From: an uncultured Planctomycetota bacterium
Lineage (GTDB): Bacteria; Planctomycetota; Planctomycetia; Isosphaerales; Isosphaeraceae
DNA: 64,000 bases
Assembly: GCA_963845755.1 (NCBI GenBank)
Contig: CAWJTV010000015.1
Span: 32,001-96,000 of the forward strand
Direction of reading: 5' to 3'
Part shown: in pieces, positions 10,583 to 18,305 of the stretch
Numbering within the stretch: the stretch's first letter is position 1
Layout: each line of letters begins with the position of its first letter
The notes under the pieces: generated by a model
What the model saw: only the letters and a program-made list of their open reading frames with translations
Database searches by the model: none
What the model was told of the DNA's origin: nothing
Position numbers and translations under genes: made by a program

Positions 10583-11355
10583 TCATCGACGTAAACGCCT
10601 ACCTGGGGCATTTCGCCTTCCGCCGACTGCGGCATCGGACCGCTACGGAACTCCTGGGCCTGATGGACTCGAAGAAGATCGACAAGGCGGTCGTCTCCAG
10701 CGCCAGTGCCATCACGTATCGCAACCCACAGGCGGGGAATGAAGACCTGGCCGCAGAAGTCGGGCGTCACCGCGATCGGCTCATCCCCTACGCGGTGATC
10801 AATCCGTTCTATGCCGGCTGGCGCGACGACCTGAAAATCTGCCGCGACGACTTCGGCATGAGTGGGATTCGTCTCTACCCCAAGTGGCACAATTACGGCC
10901 TTGCCGATCCACATTGCCAGGATTTGATCCATGCGGCAACAGAGCGTCAAATGATCGTCTCGATTCCGATGCGCGTGGAGGACGTACGGCAGCGGAGCTG
11001 GCTGGTGGACGTGCCCGAGGTCCCCCTGACCGAGATCGTTTCCCTCATCCAGTCCTTCCCCAACTCGCGATTCGTACTGCTCAACGGCGAACGGTATGTG
11101 AGCTCGCCACTGGGGCGCAAGGGGAGCGGCCTGCCGGCGAATTACCTCATCGAGTTGTCCCGCATGGACTCGATGCTGGCCGACGAGATCGGCCAGCTCG
11201 TGGCCAACCTGGGGGCCGAGCGAGTGGTCTTCGGCACGGGAATGCCATTCCACTATCCCGATCCGGCCCTGCTCAAACTTGAAGTGCTGGATGCGAGCCC
11301 GGCGGACAAGGCATTGATTTCGTGGCAGAACGTGGCGCGGTGGTTGCCATCATGA
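10579..11355 (+). CDS. Amidohydrolase-fold protein with degenerate metal ligands
   Basis: ATGA overlap with the upstream gene. IIDVNAYLG replaces DxHxH; GIRLYP; RVVFGTGMP lacks the usual Asp; no signal peptide. Confidence 0.8.
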   Translation: MIIDVNAYLGHFAFRRLRHRTATELLGLMDSKKIDKAVVSSASAITYRNPQAGNEDLAAEVGRHRDRLIPYAVINPFYAGWRDDLKICRDDFGMSGIRLYPKWHNYGLADPHCQDLIHAATERQMIVSIPMRVEDVRQRSWLVDVPEVPLTEIVSLIQSFPNSRFVLLNGERYVSSPLGRKGSGLPANYLIELSRMDSMLADEIGQLVANLGAERVVFGTGMPFHYPDPALLKLEVLDASPADKALISWQNVARWLPS

Positions 11356-11971
11356 GTCGGAGCGCGACGGCAGTCGTCCGACCTGGCGATCGACATGGAG
11401 GCTGGTCACGATCATGCGAGATTGGTCACGGTGGACGGCGCCCGCACTGGTCACCCGCGATGATCCTGGAATCAGCTTCGCGGACGGGTTGATCACGCTC
11501 CGGCTCTTCCCGAACTGGGGCTTCCGGGTTCCATGCCGATTCCAGGTGGATGTCCCCAAGATCAGGAGAGGTGATGGTAATTGACGGCACATCACGTTTT
11601 TCGGATCGTAGAGTCTTCCTTGAATGCTACTTTCATCACCGACAATTAGAGCACGATGTTCGACCGTCTTCGTCGACCCTCATCTGTCCATCTCCAATCC
11701 GCTGACGTTGCGCTCGCGTGTTCAAAAACGGATGGGTCAACCGCATACTTCTCGATTCTGGTTCAGGCCACAAAAAAATGTACCGAACGAGCATCACAGT
11801 CTTGTATTAGAGGCTTTTCGGCGACGGAGCAACGAAGTGTTCGTGTGAAAATGTTGCGAATAAGCAACACAACCTTGTTTGTGCGCTCGACTCGATTTAT
11901 AACGTCGGTCAGCGAAATCGTCCTGGGCAAGATTGCATCCTCGCTCCATCTCGGGGAAGAGGGGTATCTCG

Positions 11972-12949
11972 ATGCGCGCCTCAAGAGGCGTCTCCCGTTT
12001 CGTGTGGCTCGCCGTCGTCATCTTCCTCGCCGGGATCATCGGGTCGCCGAGGTCCGCCCGAGCCGGCAGGCTGGGTCTCCTCGTTCCGTCGTATTTCTAC
12101 CCCGGAACCGGCGGTCCCGGCCGCGTCGGCGACGGCTGGGCCGCGATGACGGCCGCGGCCAGCCAGGTCCCCGTCACCGCCATCCTGAATCCGAACAGCG
12201 GACCATTACCCGGGCCGCCCGATCCGAACTATGTCGGCGCCATGACCAACCTGGAAAATGCGGGCGGCCACGTCGTTGCTTACGTCTACACGGATAACGG
12301 GAATGAGAATGGAACTGCGCCCCTCGCCACTGTGGAGGGCCAGATCGCCACTTATATCAGTCAATATGGAAAGCTGATCAATGGTTTCTTCCTCGATGGG
12401 ATGTTTATCACCCCGAGTACCCTGTCGTATTATCAAAGTCTTACTAGTTATATCAAAGGTCTTGGCGCTTCCTACACGATCATCGGGAATCCTGGTCAGC
12501 CGTTCCTGAACGGCGTCGCGCCCCAGGACTACTTGTTGACCGCCAACGTCTTCAACATCTTCGAGGGGCCGAACACGGCCCCCAGCCCCGGCGCCCCGGG
12601 ATTCAACGATTATCCCTACGGCGTGACCTGGTTTCAGGGTTACCCGAGCAATCGGTTCTCGAACGTGATCCTTGATGTCCCAGATTCGGCGACCATGCTC
12701 GCCGACCTGGGCAAGGCGGTTCGATTGAACGCCGGCTATGTTTATATCACCGACCAGTCCGGAGCCAACCCCTACAGCCAGTTGCCGTCTTACTGGGACG
12801 AGGAGGTTTCCGCTATCGCATCGGTGCCGGAACCTCGAGCCTTGACGAATTTTGCGTCGGCCGCTGTGTGCGGGTCCCTCGTCATGACCCTTCGGTGGTG
12901 CCGCCGCCGGCGCCGGGCACAACCCTGTGACGAAGCCTCGGTGGTGTGA
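11972..12949 (+). CDS. Spherulation-specific family 4 (GH135-like) protein with PEP-CTERM sorting signal
   Basis: Signal peptide (…SARA/G), LLVPSYFYP, AILNPNSGP, VAYVYT, GFFLDG, IGNPG, IFEG, GYVYITD and NPYSQLPSYWDEEV. C-terminal VPEP + hydrophobic stretch + RRRRR. Confidence 0.85.
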   Translation: MRASRGVSRFVWLAVVIFLAGIIGSPRSARAGRLGLLVPSYFYPGTGGPGRVGDGWAAMTAAASQVPVTAILNPNSGPLPGPPDPNYVGAMTNLENAGGHVVAYVYTDNGNENGTAPLATVEGQIATYISQYGKLINGFFLDGMFITPSTLSYYQSLTSYIKGLGASYTIIGNPGQPFLNGVAPQDYLLTANVFNIFEGPNTAPSPGAPGFNDYPYGVTWFQGYPSNRFSNVILDVPDSATMLADLGKAVRLNAGYVYITDQSGANPYSQLPSYWDEEVSAIASVPEPRALTNFASAAVCGSLVMTLRWCRRRRRAQPCDEASVV

Positions 12950-13265
12950 GTCTGGCGCGGTGAAGAGTCGGACCTGACACAGTGGAATCACGCCTTTTGC
13001 ATCCTCGCAAACGGGAACACGGGTAGAGATGGTAGCGGTGGAGTTTTCGTCCAAGCCCCGCCCGATCCGAATCGATGAGATCACATCGAGTAATCGCCAT
13101 TCATTCGTCTGACGATACGGCGTGACCGAGGTGACCAGGCCGGTGCGCGGAAAACTCGTGTGTCGCTGGGATGCGATCAGGAGGATCGGCGCGAAAGGAA
13201 TCTTGACGGTTTGCCCGACAAGATTGATGGGAAGAGAAAGCAAATCCGATCAAAGCCGGCACTGG

Positions 13266-14650
13266 CTAGTCCAGGTGGGACACCGCGTCGACCTCGTCCT
13301 CCCAGTACTTAGGGAGCGTGTTCCACTGGTTCGGCGGCTTGGCATCGGAGATGTAGAGGTAGCCGATCCGCTTGAGGATGGCGTCCTTGATCAGCGCGCG
13401 CATGGCGTCCTGGCTGGCGATGTTGTAGGGCAGCGCTGCAAAGCGGGTCGGATCGTAAACCTTGAGGGCCGCGGTTAGCTCGAACTGGTCGAAGCCTTCA
13501 AAATTCTGGAAAACGCAAGTCACATTCGAGACGGCGTTCGCGAGGTAAGCTTCATCGCAGGGGATCCCTGGATTCGTGATCACCAAGGGATCGTGGAGTT
13601 TCTGCCGCGCGTGGTCACGGATTCGCGTGTAAATCGCCGCGTGCTGACCCTCGCGCGGTTGCTGGTCGAAGAAAAAGCCATGGACTTGGGGATAGAACCG
13701 GACCCAGCGATCGATGTCCTTCTTGATCTCGTCCAAGGCGCGATCGGCATACTGAGTGTTGACGTAACCAACCAGAGTGACACCGCGACGACTGGCCTCG
13801 GTGAAGATCGTGGCATAATCGAGGTTACGTTCTTCGCCCGGTCCGCTGGCGGGGTTGGCGATGACAACGATCTTCACCTTGGACGCGGCTGCGATGAGCC
13901 GCTGCCACTCTTTCCGGCCGGCACCGACCGGGTAGATATAGGCAGGCACGAGCAGTTGCAGTCGGTATTGCTTGGCGGCGAGGGGGGGTTGGGGTTCACC
14001 CACCCCTCGATCGGCCGGCTGTCCGGACGTCCCGGCATCGGTCGAGGTCCTGGGGTCGCCGCCCGATCGGCTTGTGGTTTTCGACGTTGCGGATGGGGTC
14101 CTGGACGCGACGGCCGGTGCCGGTTTGTCGGGGCTGGAATCGGAATCTTGCGGTTGGGTTGGCTGTTGCACAAATTTCCAACCGGAAGCGTCGGCGCCGA
14201 TCGGGTCCACAGGATCGCCAGAAAAGCCAGAACCGTCAGCCCGGCGGCCCCGCCGGAGAGCGCCCAGAGCGTCTGGCTCCGTGAGAGGCGAGGCGCCGGT
14301 GAGGGGGTATTCGCCACCGTCGGCGAAGCCGCCGGTTTCGGGGCGTTCACGGACTGCGGCGCCACCTGGGGATATGAACCCGGAGGCAGGACCGCCGTGG
14401 GCATCACCTCCGGGTCACTCCCGCTCAGTGTGCGTGCGGTCGCACGCGAGGCTTGGGATTGGCCCGCACCCGCCGCGTCGGTCGGGTACCACCACGACGG
14501 GACCTCCTCATTCGCGCTCCCGCCTGAGGTCGAGACCGGCGTCTGGCCAATCGACAGTGCTGCCCCGCAGACGGGACACTTCGTCCGTTTCCCAGCGTGC
14601 CGGTCCTCAGCTTTGAACGCCCTCCCACAGTCGCAGACCACTCGAATCAT
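13266..14650 (-). CDS. Zinc-ribbon - Pro-rich linker - TM - spherulin-4/GH135-like domain protein; 1 frameshift (~14175)
   Basis: MIRVVCDCG...KCPVCG and TM segment LWALSGGAAGLTVLAFLAILW in ORF 13874-14698. ORF 13266-14210 carries LLVPAYIYP, IANPASGPG, LVGYVNT, GFFFDQ, ITNPG, GYLYISD and WNTLPKYWEDEV. Confidence 0.8.
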
Positions 14651-15134
14651 CGCCTCTGTCCCCCAGGGAGCATATTCACCATAAATACTCCCAATCACGG
14701 AATTAAGGACGCAGTCCTATGCGGCTTGATGGATGGCAACATCGATGGTATACACATTCGCGACTCGATGCAAGAACCTGGAAACGTCGCTCGGGAAAGA
14801 ATGTCTGGTCGGCATTTCCGGGATCGGGCCAGCGGAGCCAGACCTCATCGGCAATTCCCGTCCGATTCGTGAGATAGGACCAAGGGAAACGGGCATCAGC
14901 ACCCAGACGAGCCGAATCCGCGACCTGACGGATTCGCTGTGTTTACTCGTAGGTCTTTGCTACTTTCATTGATTTGTGACACCGCGATCATCCATGATTC
15001 GAATATTCTCTACCTTCGGCGCCGCCGCGCCAAGACGATCGTTTCGCATACAGCACGCCGAATTGGCTGAGGCGCCCGGACGACTGATCGGGGATGACCG
15101 AAAACCTGACGCGGCCTTCGATCGCAACTCAACC

Positions 15135-15418
15135 GGATTCAGGACTCGCGATTCAACATTCCAAAAGAGGATACGGTTGCGAGGACACCGGGTGATCTCG
15201 CTGCCACGCACCCGCAATCGGAACGGCTCCTCTGGCCGATCCGCGGCCCGTGGGAGCGGTCGTCGCAGAGCGTCGCCAGCGGACGTTGCCAGGTAGGACC
15301 GAAAGAACGAGCATCGCCCGTACCCACCGATACTCCCTTTGAGGGGAACCCGTTTCTCTTGCGATCGTCTCAAGAAAGGAGATGACTCGGAAACCTTGAA
15401 TGTTGAATCACGAATCTT
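15135..15418. repeat. Two short heptamer-periodic arrays (NGATTCA-like) in inverted orientation
   Basis: 15143-15161 gactcgcgattcaacattc matches the reverse complement of 15398-15416 (gattcgtgattcaacattc) at 17/19 positions. Both arms show a 7-nt period. Confidence 0.6.
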
Positions 15419-15544
15419 TAATCCCATATCTGCGTAGGTCGCAGGGATCCTACTTTGAGTAAGACGCGAGCGAGCCAAACTGAGCCATTTGGACCTGGCC
15501 GTCGCCGACTTGATTGCGGGAACACCCTCCTACGATGACGTCGA

Positions 15545-15561
15545 TGCAATCCTCGTGCCAG
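15545..15561 (-). promoter_or_regulatory. Sigma-54 (-24/-12) promoter
   Basis: Minus strand reads CTGGCACGAGGATTGCA, a full match to YTGGCACGRNNNTTGCW, and lies in an intergenic region. Confidence 0.7.
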
Positions 15562-15711
15562 ACTCCAACGAGGCTGCTCGCTGATGTCGTTGGGGGACTT
15601 CTGGTTATGGAGTGATTGAGGGTCGTCGTCGAAGAGAGTAAACTAATAGGTCATCGAACCCCGACGGTATGATGGTTTGATCGGCATGACGACGCAGCTT
15701 CAGGATGCACC

Positions 15712-17511
15712 ATGCTCGACCCTCAGGCGTCGCGATTTTGGCAGGCCGGTCTTCTCAGCGGACTGATGGACGTCGAGGGACTGACCGCCTGTTGGAACGC
15801 GATTTCGCCCGCCAAACGCGACTCTTCCGAGCACATCGACCGACGGCTTGCGCGGCAGGCGGTCCAGACCAACGCGCTGACCCTCTGGCAGGCGCAGCAG
15901 CTCCTGGCGGGGCGCACCAGCGGGTTCAAGGTCGATCGCTTCGTGCTCATGAACCTGATCGGTCAAGGCGGAATGGGGCGCGTCTACCTGGCTCGGGACA
16001 CCCGGCTCAACCGCCATGTGGCCTTGAAGATCCTCGCGCCCGAGCGGATCAACAACACGCGGGCGATCGCGCGATTCCAGCGTGAGGCGCGAGTCGGCGC
16101 CCAGTTGCAACACGAGAACCTGGTGCGCGTCTACGATTTCGGCGAGTTCAACGGCCGTTTCTTCCTGGTGATGGAGTACATCGAGGGCAAGACCACCGGC
16201 GCCTTCATCCAGGAACAAGGCCCAATGCCGCCGGCCACGGCGGTGCGACTGGTCCGGCAGATCGCTCTGGGGCTGGAGCACGCCCACCGCAAGGGACTGA
16301 TCCACCGGGATGTCAACCCGTACAACATCCTGGTCACACACGATGGTACGGCCAAACTGGCCGACCTCGGGCTGGCCATCGAGGTGGCCGACGAGGAACG
16401 GGTCACGCGCGAGGGGGCGACCGTCGGTACTTTCGACTATGTTTCACCCGAGCAGGCGCGCCACTCCCATGCAGCGGATATTCGCAGCGACATCTACTCG
16501 CTGGGATGTACCCTCTACCACATGATCGCCGGCCAGGTCCCGTTTCCCAGTCCCAGCCTACCCGAGAAACTCTTCGGGCATCAGGCGCTGGAGCCAACGC
16601 CGTTGAACCAGTTGGTACCGGGTCTGCCCGAGGGACTGATCGAAGTCGTCCGCCGGATGATGCGCAAGTCGCCGGACCAGCGGTATGCCACACCGATCGA
16701 GGTCGCGCAGGCGCTGGAGCCCTTCGTGGACGAACCCGCCGGGGTCACCGGCCGCGTCGATGCGGCGCGATTCTTCGCCCAGCCGGAACCGCAGAGCGCG
16801 GAAATCCCGGCCCAGGTCGCGGCCTTGGCGCGCGCCGGGCAAGGGAACCCGGCAGTCCCGCCGGGATCGCGATCGCCGCTAGTTGACGAGGCCCCGAGGA
16901 TCGCGGCAGCGACGACGCCATCGGCAGCGGCCGTGCTCCAACGATTCGGTCCCCTTTCTAATTTGGCAAGTGCCCCGGGCGCGACGACGGCTCGTGGTTC
17001 TTATCCGGAATCTGACACCCACGCCACCGACACTGCGGCCCCGCTGCTTAGTCCCGTGGACGATGGCGACGAGGACGAGGAGGAGATCCCACTGATCCTG
17101 GATCCCGGTCCGGAACCTTCGCTGGGCGAGTACGTGTCTCGGCTCAGGTCGTTCTTCTTGCTCGGCTCCGCTTCAGCGACCACGCGGGCGCCCGCGGGGA
17201 CCAAGTCGGACACCTCGAGCTTGACATCCGGAGACTCCGCCCCGATGTCCTGGCCAGCGCATTCCTGGTTCTTGGGGCTGATTCTACTGGTCGCATTAGT
17301 GACGGTCCTGGTCATCGCACTGGCACTGCTCGGTCTGCTTGGCAGTGCTTCAAGGGGACCGGCCGACTCGAGCCAGAACGCCTCGGCCCGCACGAGTTCC
17401 TCCTTCGCCGCCGGGCCCGCCATCCCGCCAGCCACCCGCGATCTCGACCGGGGAATCCGCTTTCTTCCCGGCAGACAGGGCGCACCACTCGGCGCGAGCC
17501 GTCTGGGCTGA
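15712..17511 (+). CDS. Hanks-type Ser/Thr protein kinase with C-terminal TM segment
   Basis: IGQGGMGRVY, VALKIL, RFQREA, LVMEYIEG, HRDVNPYN, KLADLGLA, GTFDYVSPEQ, DIYSLGCTLY. Low-complexity linker and TM segment WFLGLILLVALVTVLVIALALLGLL. The C-terminus may be truncated or frameshifted. Confidence 0.9.
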   Translation: MLDPQASRFWQAGLLSGLMDVEGLTACWNAISPAKRDSSEHIDRRLARQAVQTNALTLWQAQQLLAGRTSGFKVDRFVLMNLIGQGGMGRVYLARDTRLNRHVALKILAPERINNTRAIARFQREARVGAQLQHENLVRVYDFGEFNGRFFLVMEYIEGKTTGAFIQEQGPMPPATAVRLVRQIALGLEHAHRKGLIHRDVNPYNILVTHDGTAKLADLGLAIEVADEERVTREGATVGTFDYVSPEQARHSHAADIRSDIYSLGCTLYHMIAGQVPFPSPSLPEKLFGHQALEPTPLNQLVPGLPEGLIEVVRRMMRKSPDQRYATPIEVAQALEPFVDEPAGVTGRVDAARFFAQPEPQSAEIPAQVAALARAGQGNPAVPPGSRSPLVDEAPRIAAATTPSAAAVLQRFGPLSNLASAPGATTARGSYPESDTHATDTAAPLLSPVDDGDEDEEEIPLILDPGPEPSLGEYVSRLRSFFLLGSASATTRAPAGTKSDTSSLTSGDSAPMSWPAHSWFLGLILLVALVTVLVIALALLGLLGSASRGPADSSQNASARTSSSFAAGPAIPPATRDLDRGIRFLPGRQGAPLGASRLG

Positions 17512-18222
17512 TGGTCACTCAGATCGCGTTGCACGAGTCGGGACTCACGAGACGAGCGATTTTGCGGCCTGAATCGGTCTTGAGCAGGAGATTCGCCTGG
17601 TCCGCATCCAGGATGACCGTCCGCCGGGAGTGGATCGGCGCCCCTCACCGCCGATTCTCTGCTCCTCTCAGCTACCGACGGCCCGGAGACGGAGCAGGGA
17701 TGGTTGGTCATCAACCATTTTCCATTGGGACTGAAACTCAGCGGCTCTGGGCCATGGCGACGCAGGGCGATTGGCACCTGAGACCACCCTGTCTACCCGC
17801 CGGGCAGTCTACGAGGGTTCCGCCCGTCGAAGCCGGCTGCGATCCCAGGCACGCTTCGGCTCGCCCTCTGAGGCGCCCGGGTCGGCGGGGTCGGCGGGGA
17901 GTCGCCGAACCCGGGAGAGCCCAGGTACCGCGCCGAGTCCGGCCGCTCGTCGCGTTCCTTCGTGAGAATGAGCACAGGGCCGACGAGAACGCACAAAGAC
18001 GACCTCGGGCAATCTTTACGGCACATCCCGGCCCCAAGCAGGAGTACGCTCAACAAGACGTGCAACCTGCCACTTTCACGGCTCTGAAACATGTCTGGGT
18101 CTGCCTGAACGATCGAATGAGCCGACGGCCGTCTTGGGGGCCTGGCGCTTGCCGCGTGGCGGCATGTCCGATCCACACGCGATGTGGCGTTGGGGTCGGC
18201 AGCGGGCACGGGTTGGGCACGA

Positions 18223-18265
18223 ACGAGAACTTCTCACCGGTGGGAGCCGGTGAGGAGTGGCTCGT
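18223..18265 (-). terminator. Hairpin downstream of the S41 protease gene
   Basis: Perfect 8-bp stem ctcaccgg/ccggtgag (18233-18240, 18247-18254), extendable with acgag/ctcgt, ~45 nt after the stop. No strong U-tract. Confidence 0.35.
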
Positions 18266-18305
18266 GTCGATCGAGAGCAAGCGAAGGCCGATTCCCCGCT
18301 TGAGA

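Noticed and set aside
11922..11940. Sigma-54 promoter for the PEP-CTERM gene (ctgggcaagattgca)
   Set aside because: GG-to-GC spacing is 8 or less, not the required 10.
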